The notes under the pieces: generated by a model
Database searches by the model: none
The model's input: the letters and a program-made list of their open reading frames with translations, nothing else
What the model was told of the DNA's origin: nothing
Translations under genes and position numbers: made by a program
DNA from: Candidatus Fraserbacteria bacterium
Lineage (GTDB): Bacteria > Bipolaricaulota > Bipolaricaulia > RBG-16-55-9 > JANLFV01
Direction: 5' to 3'
NCBI GenBank assembly: GCA_037446135.1
Contig: JBBIJD010000049.1
Span: 1-12,814, forward strand
DNA length: 12,814 nt
In this document: positions 1-7,817 of the stretch, in pieces
How positions within the stretch are numbered: position 1 is the first letter of the stretch
How the letters are laid out: each line of letters begins with the position of its first letter

Positions 1-211
1 GATCACGCGGTTGCTCAAGGAGGATCGGCTGGCCGTCACGACCCTGACGCTCTTTATAATTTGCTCACGGCCGACTATTACCGGATCAGAGCTTGAACCA
101 AGATATGCGCGGTGCATCAATTGCCAAAATACGACGGTAGACCCCCTTGTCCTTTGGAACTCCTTCATGTTCGCGGCTGCACCTCTGCAAGTTCTGCGAC
201 AATAGCATCTC

Positions 212-240
212 TTGACAAAGGGTGGTGTATCTGGTAGACT
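212..240 (+). promoter_or_regulatory. sigma70-type promoter for the sugar operon (-35 TTGACA, extended -10 TGgTAGACT)
   Basis: Perfect TTGACA at 212-217, exactly 17 bp spacer, TAGACT at 235-240 preceded by TG at 232-233; ends 20 bp before the lacI-family ATG at 261. Confidence 0.8.
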
Positions 241-255
241 GTTAAACGATTAACA
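240..255. promoter_or_regulatory. LacI-family operator (TGTTAAACGATTAACA)
   Basis: 16-bp near-perfect palindrome (one mismatched pair) with the central CG typical of LacI/GalR operators; covers the predicted transcription start directly upstream of a LacI-family gene. Confidence 0.8.
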
Positions 256-260
256 AGGCA

Positions 261-1256
261 ATGGTGACGATTCGCGATGTGGCGCGCCGGGCAGGAGTGT
301 CGGTGGCGACCGTTTCCTATGTGATTAATGGGACTCGCAAGGTGGCCCCGGACACGGTGGCCCAGGTCCGTCAAGCGATGGCGGAGCTTGACTACCACCC
401 CAATGCGGTGGCCCAATCCCTACGCACCCGGACGACTCATGTCATAGGCGTCCTGGTCTCAGACATCACCAACCCATTTTTCGCCGCCCTCGTCCGCGGC
501 GTGGAGGACGCCGCCGTGGCCGCTGGGTACTCCGTGCTCGTCTGCAATAGCGATGAAGACTCCAGCAAAGGTGATTCCTACACACGGCTCTTATTCCGGC
601 GGAGGATAGATGGGCTTCTCATCGCGCCGGTCCGCGCTGGAGCAAGCCCAGCGATCCAGGAGCTAGCTAAGTGCCGAATGCCGTTCGTGTTCATCGACCG
701 CAAGGCAGCGGGAGTTCCCGCTGATGCGGTTCTCTCCGACAATGTGGGTGGGGCATATCAAGCTACGCGACACCTTATCGAGCGCGGTCATCGCCGGATC
801 GGGATCGTGCTGGGAATTCCTGGGGCGACGACAACTGAGGAACGTTTCGCCGGCTACCGTCAGGCCCTGGAAGAAGCCGGAATCCCATTGGCGAAGGAGC
901 TCGTAGCCTGGGGCGGCTATCGGATTGAGGGCGGGCGGCAGGCCGCCGTGCAGCTCCTTTCCCATCCGGAGCCTCCCACGGCGATCTTCAGCACCAACAA
1001 CCAGATGACGGTGGGAGTGCTGCGAGAGCTCTTTCTTCGCTGTATCCCAATCCCAGACAAGGTTGCGGTCGTGGGCTTTGATGACTTGGAATGGGCGGAG
1101 ATGATCATTCCGCCCCTCACGGTGGTCGCCCAGAATCCTTATGAGATCGGGCGATGTGCCTTTAAACTCCTGCTCGCGCGCCTCAACGATCCCGATGCCG
1201 AAGGATTCCAGGAGATACGAGTCCCGGTGGAACTCCGGGTGCGAGGGTCGACATGA
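261..1256 (+). CDS. LacI/GalR-family transcriptional regulator
   Basis: N-terminal TIRDVARRAGVSVATVSYVIN helix-turn-helix, YHPNAVAQSL hinge helix, sugar-binding domain motifs (NPFF, VFIDR, GHRRIG, VVGFDD, PPLT); 331 aa. Confidence 0.97.
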   Translation: MVTIRDVARRAGVSVATVSYVINGTRKVAPDTVAQVRQAMAELDYHPNAVAQSLRTRTTHVIGVLVSDITNPFFAALVRGVEDAAVAAGYSVLVCNSDEDSSKGDSYTRLLFRRRIDGLLIAPVRAGASPAIQELAKCRMPFVFIDRKAAGVPADAVLSDNVGGAYQATRHLIERGHRRIGIVLGIPGATTTEERFAGYRQALEEAGIPLAKELVAWGGYRIEGGRQAAVQLLSHPEPPTAIFSTNNQMTVGVLRELFLRCIPIPDKVAVVGFDDLEWAEMIIPPLTVVAQNPYEIGRCAFKLLLARLNDPDAEGFQEIRVPVELRVRGST

Positions 1257-2209
1257 ACTTGTCCGGGCAGCAACTGCACGGTGTGTGGGTTGCCCTGGTG
1301 ACTCCCTGGGATGAAGGGCGGGCAGCCCCGCGACGAGATGTGTTGGCCGGGTTGATCGACCGATTTGTTCAGACAGGTGTTGATGGACTCTTTATCCTGG
1401 GAACCACGGGGGAGGGTAGCCTTTTGAGCCCTGGGGAGCGCAAGGTTTTTGCAGAAGCGGCTTTGGAGGAGGCGCAGGGGAAGCTCCCTGTGATCGTCCA
1501 CACGGGGCATGACCGCACAGCGGTGGCTGTGGAGCTCTCGTTGCACGCCAAAACTACAGGGGCGACTGCCGTGGCAGTTTCTCCCCCCGCCCGCTATCGA
1601 TTAGATGACAGCGAGCTGGAGACTCATTTCCTCAAGGTCGCTCATGTCCTGGGAGACTTTCCCATGTTCCTTTATGACATTCCGTGTGCCACAGGAAACC
1701 CGCTGAGTGCTGGCCTCCTCAACTGCATCAGCGAACAAGCCCCGAATGTGGTGGGAGCGAAGGTGAGCCGATCAGATTGGGAGGCATGGGAGAGGTACTT
1801 GGCCCTCGCCGACTCGATGATCCTGTTTGTGGGGACGGATACGCTATGCCTTCCTGTCTTGGAGATGGGGGCGTCCGGGATCGTCTCAGGGCCGGCGAAC
1901 CTTCTGCCCGAGCTATATGTCCGACTCTATCGCGCCGTCCGCGGAGGGGACATCACCCAGGCCAGGGCCTATCAGGACATTGTGAGACGGCTATGTGAAG
2001 CCGTGCACTACGGCACGCCACTCGCGTTCATCAAACAGGGGCTAGAGCTCTTGGGTTGGGCCGTTGGGTCTACCCTATCGCCGCTACGGGCCCTCCGTCC
2101 GACGGAGCTAGCCGAATTGCGCCAAGCCCTGGCCCAACTAAGCAAAGCGGCTGCCACAGGTGGCGCAAAGGAGGTGATCGCTGGGGAACATTCAGGTAAA
2201 CGGTCATGA
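1253..2209 (+). CDS. DapA/N-acetylneuraminate-lyase family class I aldolase (probable 2-keto-3-deoxy sugar-acid aldolase)
   Basis: ALVTP, GTTGE pyruvate-binding motif, catalytic Tyr in LYDIP, Schiff-base Lys in GAKVS, GTD, and GASGIVSGPANLLPE; ATGA overlap with lacI. Confidence 0.92.
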   Translation: MNLSGQQLHGVWVALVTPWDEGRAAPRRDVLAGLIDRFVQTGVDGLFILGTTGEGSLLSPGERKVFAEAALEEAQGKLPVIVHTGHDRTAVAVELSLHAKTTGATAVAVSPPARYRLDDSELETHFLKVAHVLGDFPMFLYDIPCATGNPLSAGLLNCISEQAPNVVGAKVSRSDWEAWERYLALADSMILFVGTDTLCLPVLEMGASGIVSGPANLLPELYVRLYRAVRGGDITQARAYQDIVRRLCEAVHYGTPLAFIKQGLELLGWAVGSTLSPLRALRPTELAELRQALAQLSKAAATGGAKEVIAGEHSGKRS

Positions 2210-2240
2210 GAATGCGCATCTTCCATAGGAGGTGAATGAA

Positions 2241-3521
2241 ATGCGCAGGATCTTAACATTGGTGATGGGCGTAGTCCTGGTCCTGGTATTGGGAATCGTA
2301 GCTCCCAGCGGGGCCACCACTCCTGAGGTCATCAAGATCGAGTTCAATACTCTATTCCACGAGGCCGACGCCAAAGCCATGGAGGAGATCGTCACCCTAT
2401 TCAGCCAAACCCACCCCAACATCCAAGTCGAGCTCGTTCAAGGGCGGTGGGCTCAATACTACGCGGAGCTGCGGCTTTCGGTGATCGCTGGCACTCCCCC
2501 GCAGCTCGGGATCTGCCATGTGAACAAGCTCGTGGAGGTGGCGGACTACCTGACCGCGCTCGAGGCCTCACCGGTGGGAGATCTTATCGAGATCGGTGGC
2601 ATCAACGCCGCGGACTTCCCTGAGGCCACCTGGAAGGCCGGGGAGCTCCGTGGCCATCACTACCTCATCCCCCTCGACACCCACGGTTGGGGGCTGTGGT
2701 ACAACAAAGACATCTTCGCGGCCGCTGGCCTCGATCCGGAGAGGCCACCCCAAACGATGAGCGAGTTCATCAAGGCGGCTGAGGCGATCAAGGCCGCCGG
2801 CTACTACGCTTTCCATCCGGCTGAGGACTCTCTCCCACGCAAGCTCCGCCGAGCTTGGGAGATCTTCTTCTACCAGATGGGGGGCGGCTCACTCTTTGAT
2901 GAAGGATACACGAAGGCTACCTTCAACAACCTGGAAGGTCTCAGCGCCCTGCAGTTCCTCGTGGACATCTTCAACGACTTCGGCTGGAACACCGTGGGCG
3001 GCAACGGGTATAACCAGTTCACTGCAGGCCGACTGGGGATGTTGTTCGCTGGGAACTGGTTCTACCCCACAGCTCGAGACAGCGGCGTCAACTGGGGCTA
3101 CGCTAAGGTCCCCAACTTCTTCGGAACGCCCTACACCTGGGGTGCAAGCCACCAGCTCTCTGTGCCACTCCAGCCCGCTGGGACCTCTCCCGCTGTGTAT
3201 CAAGCCACGATGGAGCTCGCCCGCTTCGTGGTCGAACACTCCCACATCTGGACCATGTCGGGTGGACATATTGCGGCGAACCGGACAGCTCTTGAGGACC
3301 CAACTCTTCTCGCCTCAGACTACTGGACCCGCTCCGGACATCTGCTGAACGAGATGATCCAGGAGGGCCTCGTGAAGTTCCCGATCAACCACCCGCGCGG
3401 CTCGGAGCTGGAGAGTGCCATCGAGACCAAGATCGAACTGGCGGTGAACGGACAGATCACCCCGGCGGAGGCCCTAGCTCAGGCAGAGGCAGAGTGCAAC
3501 CGGATCCTACAGGGCGGATAA
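2241..3521 (+). CDS. carbohydrate ABC transporter substrate-binding protein (CUT1 / SBP family 1)
   Basis: Signal peptide MRRILTLVMGVVLVLVLGIVAPSGA with no lipobox Cys; HPNIQVELV, GLWYNKDIFAAAGLDPERPPQT and TPAEALAQAE motifs. Start placed at ATG 2241 because AGGAGGT lies at 2227-2233 and overlaps the track's GTG at 2232. Confidence 0.93.
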   Translation: MRRILTLVMGVVLVLVLGIVAPSGATTPEVIKIEFNTLFHEADAKAMEEIVTLFSQTHPNIQVELVQGRWAQYYAELRLSVIAGTPPQLGICHVNKLVEVADYLTALEASPVGDLIEIGGINAADFPEATWKAGELRGHHYLIPLDTHGWGLWYNKDIFAAAGLDPERPPQTMSEFIKAAEAIKAAGYYAFHPAEDSLPRKLRRAWEIFFYQMGGGSLFDEGYTKATFNNLEGLSALQFLVDIFNDFGWNTVGGNGYNQFTAGRLGMLFAGNWFYPTARDSGVNWGYAKVPNFFGTPYTWGASHQLSVPLQPAGTSPAVYQATMELARFVVEHSHIWTMSGGHIAANRTALEDPTLLASDYWTRSGHLLNEMIQEGLVKFPINHPRGSELESAIETKIELAVNGQITPAEALAQAEAECNRILQGG

Positions 3522-3534
3522 GCTTGGAGCAGGA

Positions 3535-3572
3535 CCGGGGGTGGAGGCTTGGTCTCCACCCCCGGCTTCTTC
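3535..3572 (+). terminator. intercistronic GC-rich stem-loop after the binding-protein gene (mRNA stabiliser or leaky terminator)
   Basis: CCGGGGGTGGAG (3535-3546) pairs perfectly with CTCCACCCCCGG (3554-3565); only a weak U tract (CTTCTTC) follows. Confidence 0.7.
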
Positions 3573-3600
3573 AAGGGAGATGCGCATGAATGATTAGGGC

Positions 3601-4503
3601 ATGAGAAGCAAGATCAGGGGATTCCTGTATCGCCACCGAGGGCTCGAGGGGATCATGTATGTGCTCCCATTCGCTGCGCTATGGGGGATCTTCCTGGCCT
3701 GGCCGGTCGGCTACGGCATTTACCTCAGCCTCTTCGAGTGGAGCCCCATGAGGGGTTCTCGTTTCGTCGGCTTGGAGAACTACATCAAGCTCTTCGGCGA
3801 TGCGCGCTTCCTGAACGCCCTCGGGAACACGTTCAAGTTTGCCGGGATCGCCGTGCCGTTGATCCTCGGCCTAGGATTGGTCTTCGCCCTGATGCTCTGG
3901 AGCTGGGGGCGGACTCGCCGTGGGGTAGGTTTCGTCCAGGCCGTGCTCTTCTTCCCCTACCTCCTCACCGTCTCCACCGTAGCTATCACTTGGAAGTGGA
4001 TGTTCGATCCCGACTTCGGCCTGGTGACACATGCGTTCAAGGCCTTGAAGGTCCCCGCTCCCGTATTCCTGACGGAGCCGGCTTGGGCCCTGCCAGCGAT
4101 TGCCTTCGCTACTGCCTGGTGGTTGGCCGGGTATCGTATGGTCGTATTCCAAGCAGGCCTGGGTGATATCCCCCAGGAGCTCTTTGAAGTAGCCTCCATC
4201 GACGGAGCGAGATTCCGCCAGAAGTTTCTCTACATCATCCTGCCACTCCTCAAACCGGCTCTCCTTTTCTCTTTGGTCTTGACTCTCATCTCCGCCTTCC
4301 GGACCTTCGGCCAGGTGCTAATGATGACGGAGGGAGGGCCGGGGAGGTCTACAGAGGTCCTGGCCCTCTATCTATACCGGACGGGCTTCGAGTATTTCAA
4401 CATCGGAAAGGCCGCGGCCTCCGGAGTGGTGCTCTTGGTGATCATGCTGATCCTCACCCTCATCGGGGTCAAGCTATTGGGCCTCAAATCGGAGCTAGAA
4501 TGA
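3601..4503 (+). CDS. carbohydrate ABC transporter permease (MalF/UgpA-like)
   Basis: Multiple hydrophobic TM segments, FVGLENY, EAA loop ELFEVASIDGA, and MTEGGPG motif. Confidence 0.95.
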   Translation: MRSKIRGFLYRHRGLEGIMYVLPFAALWGIFLAWPVGYGIYLSLFEWSPMRGSRFVGLENYIKLFGDARFLNALGNTFKFAGIAVPLILGLGLVFALMLWSWGRTRRGVGFVQAVLFFPYLLTVSTVAITWKWMFDPDFGLVTHAFKALKVPAPVFLTEPAWALPAIAFATAWWLAGYRMVVFQAGLGDIPQELFEVASIDGARFRQKFLYIILPLLKPALLFSLVLTLISAFRTFGQVLMMTEGGPGRSTEVLALYLYRTGFEYFNIGKAAASGVVLLVIMLILTLIGVKLLGLKSELE

Positions 4504-5321
4504 CGAAGATCAAGGCCTGGGCACCGTATCTCGTGTTGGGGGCCATCGCTTTTCTGTGGGTGCTCCCTACCCTGTGGGTCGCCGAGACCGCGTTTAAGCC
4601 TAACTCCGACATCTTCTCCATCCCGCCGAAGTGGCTCCCCTCTCGTCTAACTACTGGTCATGTCGCCAAGCTTTTCGCGAGCTGGCCTTTCGGGCGTTGG
4701 CTTCTGAACAGCTTGATCCTCGCAACCTTGGTGACGGCGAGCTCGTTGATCGTCTCGACCCTGGCGGCCTTCTCCTTCGCCCGCCTCCAGTGGCCCGGGC
4801 GCGATGCGCTGTTCCTGATAATCCTTGTGTTCATGCTCCTCCCCTTAGAGGTCAGTGTGATACCTCTGTACTTCATGATGAATAGTTTCCGACTCCTCAA
4901 CACGATCTACGGCGCTGCCCTTCCCATGATCGCTCTCCCCATCGGTGTCTTTCTTCTTCGCCAATTCTTCCTCAATATCCCCCGCGATCTGGAAGATGCG
5001 GCACGAATCGATGGTTGCTCAAGCTGGGGGGTTCTTACTCGCGTCATCATCCCAAACTCCACCCCCGTCTTCGCTGCATACGGGATGTACATCTTCAATT
5101 ACACCTGGAACGAGTTCTTCTGGTCCCTGATTTGCCTACGGAGCGCGCAAAAGGTCACTCTCCCTGTAGGGCTGAGGCTGATTCAGGGAGCGTTTGAAAT
5201 CAACTACGGGCTGATCACATCCGCGGCGTTCATGGCTTCTCTCCCAGCTCTAATCGTCTTCCTCATCCTTCGCCAACGCATCATCCGCGGGATCGCTTTG
5301 TCCTCCGGCATCAAAGGCTGA
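4500..5321 (+). CDS. carbohydrate ABC transporter permease (MalG/UgpE-like)
   Basis: TM segments, AAFSFARL, FLLRQFF, EAA loop DLEDAARIDGCS, WNEFFW, TLPVGL; ATGA overlap with the previous gene. Confidence 0.95.
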   Translation: MTKIKAWAPYLVLGAIAFLWVLPTLWVAETAFKPNSDIFSIPPKWLPSRLTTGHVAKLFASWPFGRWLLNSLILATLVTASSLIVSTLAAFSFARLQWPGRDALFLIILVFMLLPLEVSVIPLYFMMNSFRLLNTIYGAALPMIALPIGVFLLRQFFLNIPRDLEDAARIDGCSSWGVLTRVIIPNSTPVFAAYGMYIFNYTWNEFFWSLICLRSAQKVTLPVGLRLIQGAFEINYGLITSAAFMASLPALIVFLILRQRIIRGIALSSGIKG

Positions 5322-5331
5322 CGAGGAGACA

Positions 5332-6426
5332 TTGGGAACTTTCGACCCGATCCGACACTACATCCAAGCCCCGCCTTCCCATCCCACCTGTCACGCCCCC
5401 AGCCTTTGCGAGCTGTCGACCGGAGAGCTCCTCCTCGCATTCTACGCCGGGAGCAAGGAGGGGGCACCGGACTCGGTGATCCTCGGAGCACGCTTTGACC
5501 CTGAGCGCACTGCATGGTCGCCGCCGGAGGTTTGGGTGGATGTGCCCGGTCGAGCCCCCGCCAACCCCCGCGTTTTCCTCGGTCCGGATGGGACCGTGTG
5601 GTTACTTGTCGGGATCAATTACGGCCCGAGGTGGTGCAGCGGCGATACCTACCTCTTCCTCAAGCGGAGCTTCGACTTTGGCCATACCTGGTGTGACCTC
5701 GAGCTCTTCTGGGAAGAGAAAGGGATTCTCGGGAAGAACAAACCTCTCCACCTCGGAGGGGTTTGGCTCATTCCAGTAGAGCGGGAGCGTGAATGGAGTG
5801 CGGCGTTTCTCCGCTCGGAGGACAACGGAACTTCATGGGAGATCGTAGGGGATCTTGGGAAGCAGGCAGGGGCCCATCTGATCCAACCTGCTGTGGTCCC
5901 CCTCGCTGACGGGAGGCTCATGGCCTACATGCGGAGCCAGGAGCGCCACATCTTTGTGAGCTACTCCCATGATCTGGGGAAGACTTGGAGCAGGCCCCAG
6001 CCTACACCATTGCCCAATAACAACAGCGGCATCGATATGGATCGCCTCCGGTCTGGAAACCTAGTGCTCGCGTTCAACCTGACCACACCAGTCCCCGGGC
6101 TGGCCAAGCTGCACGAGGCGTGGCCTGAGGTGATGCCCACCGGCTTCGATGTGTGGGGCCCGCGCACTCCGCTGGTCATCGCCCTCTCCCAAGATGAGGG
6201 AAAGAGCTGGCCTTGCCAACTGACTCTGGAGGAAGGACCCGGAGAGTTCAGCTACCCGGCCATCGTCCAGGACGAGCAGGGGATCATCCATATCGCGTAT
6301 ACATATAATCGGAGAGCCATCTGCCATGTCCAGATGGGCGAAGAGCAGCTTCTAGCAAGGCTCAAAGACCAACTATTATTGAGGAAGGAGGGATCCAAAG
6401 AATGCGGCGCAGGGTTGGCATCTTGA
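5332..6426 (+). CDS. BNR/Asp-box repeat sialidase-like beta-propeller protein (cytoplasmic)
   Basis: Four Asp boxes (SFDFGHTW, SEDNGTSW, SHDLGKTW, SQDEGKSW), N-terminal CHAPSL...EG, PNNNSG, RTPL and C-terminal FSYP typical of BNR_2/GH33-like proteins; TTG start after GAGGAG (5323-5328); no signal peptide. Confidence 0.88.
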   Translation: MGTFDPIRHYIQAPPSHPTCHAPSLCELSTGELLLAFYAGSKEGAPDSVILGARFDPERTAWSPPEVWVDVPGRAPANPRVFLGPDGTVWLLVGINYGPRWCSGDTYLFLKRSFDFGHTWCDLELFWEEKGILGKNKPLHLGGVWLIPVEREREWSAAFLRSEDNGTSWEIVGDLGKQAGAHLIQPAVVPLADGRLMAYMRSQERHIFVSYSHDLGKTWSRPQPTPLPNNNSGIDMDRLRSGNLVLAFNLTTPVPGLAKLHEAWPEVMPTGFDVWGPRTPLVIALSQDEGKSWPCQLTLEEGPGEFSYPAIVQDEQGIIHIAYTYNRRAICHVQMGEEQLLARLKDQLLLRKEGSKECGAGLAS

Positions 6427-7817
6427 CATTCTCTGACGGCCGGGAGGCTGTCCATCGAGAAGTTGAGCCAGTGAACCGGGAGTTCCAAAACCGCCTGATA
6501 GAGGCACTGCGAGCCACCGGGGAGGTGGAGCCCATTGTAGGCCGGGAGATCATCTGGACCGCGGAGCTCGCCCGGAACGAGGCCCTGCGGCTCGCCCACG
6601 AGGGCTGTGAGGTCACGATCTTCAACTTCGCGGTGTGGAGCTTCCCGCACCTGGCGGCGGTGGCCTCGAAGTTTGCTCCCGGGCCGTTCCTCCTCTTTTC
6701 TAATATCAATCCTCAGTACCCAGGGATGGTCGGGATGCTGGCCTCGGCCGGGGCCCTGGACCAGATCGGGGTCTTCCACGGCCGGCTCTCCGGTGACATC
6801 CGAGATCCGAAGGTGCAGCACAAGGTCCTCGCGTTTGTTCGTGCCGGGTCGGCCCTCGCCCGGATCAAGGGCGAGAGATTCGGCCTCTTCGGCGGTCGCC
6901 CCATGGGCATGTATACCGCGGTGGCCAACCCCGATCAGTGGATGAGCCTCTTTGGGGTAGATATCGAGCACATTGACCAGTGGGAGATCGTCCGCCGCGC
7001 CCAAGATGCCCCCGAGGAGGAGGTCGAGCATGGATTCCGGTGGCTCTCTGAGAAGGTGGGCAAGATCCGCTACGATGGAAAGCAACTCACCCCGGAGAAG
7101 CTCAGACTTCAGATCCGGAGCTACATCGCGCTCCGAGAGATGGCCAAAGAGATGGGTCTCGATTTTCTTGGGGTGAAGAGCCAGCCCGAGCTCACCGACC
7201 ACTTTGTGACCATGGATGTAGCCGAAGCGCTCCTCAACGATCCTTACGACTGGAACGGCCCCAAAGAGCCTCTGGTCGCAGCCACCGAGGCGGACATGGA
7301 TGGGGCCCTGACCATGGAGATCTTGAAGCACATCACCGGGGAGCCGGTCTTGTTCGCCGACCTCCGGCACTACGACGAGGAGCTCGGTGTGTTCGATCTC
7401 TGCAATTCCGGCACTCATCCCACCTACTTCGCGGGGCACTCCTATGACCCGGATGTGAACCTGCCAAGGGTGGAGTTCTATCCCCAGGGCTTCTATTTCC
7501 CCGCCGGAGGGGCCGCGGTGCGGCACATCGCCGCCCCAGGGAAGGTCACTCTTGCCCGCCTGGCCCGCCGGAACGGCCAGTACTGGCTAGCGATCCTGCC
7601 CGGGGAGTTCCTCGATCTCCCTCGTGAGGAGGCCGAGCGAAAGGCAGAGGCAATCCAGGCCAATTGGCCCCACGCCTTTGCCCGCCTTGCGGTTGGGCCC
7701 GAAGAGTTCCTCGCTGAGTATGACTCGAACCACATCCACGGCGCATACGGCGACTGGGTTGAAGAGTTAGTGTGGCTAGCTCGGATGCTGGGGATCGCCT
7801 ACCGCGTCTTCGCCTGA
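6402..7817 (+). CDS. L-fucose/D-arabinose isomerase (FucI) family protein
   Basis: N-terminal SDGR; ATEADMDG...FADLR with Glu and Asp 24 residues apart as for E. coli FucI E337/D361; NSG, WP and NH motifs (Mn-ligand His). SD AAGGAGG at 6385-6391. Confidence 0.9.
   Translation: MRRRVGILTFSDGREAVHREVEPVNREFQNRLIEALRATGEVEPIVGREIIWTAELARNEALRLAHEGCEVTIFNFAVWSFPHLAAVASKFAPGPFLLFSNINPQYPGMVGMLASAGALDQIGVFHGRLSGDIRDPKVQHKVLAFVRAGSALARIKGERFGLFGGRPMGMYTAVANPDQWMSLFGVDIEHIDQWEIVRRAQDAPEEEVEHGFRWLSEKVGKIRYDGKQLTPEKLRLQIRSYIALREMAKEMGLDFLGVKSQPELTDHFVTMDVAEALLNDPYDWNGPKEPLVAATEADMDGALTMEILKHITGEPVLFADLRHYDEELGVFDLCNSGTHPTYFAGHSYDPDVNLPRVEFYPQGFYFPAGGAAVRHIAAPGKVTLARLARRNGQYWLAILPGEFLDLPREEAERKAEAIQANWPHAFARLAVGPEEFLAEYDSNHIHGAYGDWVEELVWLARMLGIAYRVFA

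Noticed and set aside
1..205. 64-aa ORF or possible tail of an upstream gene (ITRLLKEDRLAVTTLTLFII...)
   Set aside because: No recognisable family motif; frames are open to the window edge and cannot be resolved.
2194..2209. Possible second LacI operator (GGTAAACGGTCA) before the SBP gene
   Set aside because: Only the left half-site resembles the 240-255 palindrome.
2168..2228. Perfect SD AAGGAGGTGAT inside the aldolase 3' end, followed by a CTG-started 15-codon frame in frame with the SBP and ending in TAG
   Set aside because: No ATG/GTG/TTG at a proper distance and the SBP has its own SD. TAG is an ordinary stop for the kinase and PemK genes, so there is no case for recoding.
2212..3587. 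Palindrome ATGCGCAT in two intergenic gaps (2212-2219 and 3580-3587)
   Set aside because: Only 8 bp, two copies, no associated promoter; compatible with chance.
1253..6426. Classical sialic acid (nan) operon interpretation
   Set aside because: No nanE, nanK or nagA/nagB in the window, the propeller lacks the RIP motif, and the isomerase/kinase pair does not fit ManNAc metabolism.
6252..7526. 424-aa minus-strand ORF
   Set aside because: Antisense shadow of the isomerase gene caused by GC-rich codon bias; no motifs. The same applies to the other short overlapping ORFs in the track.
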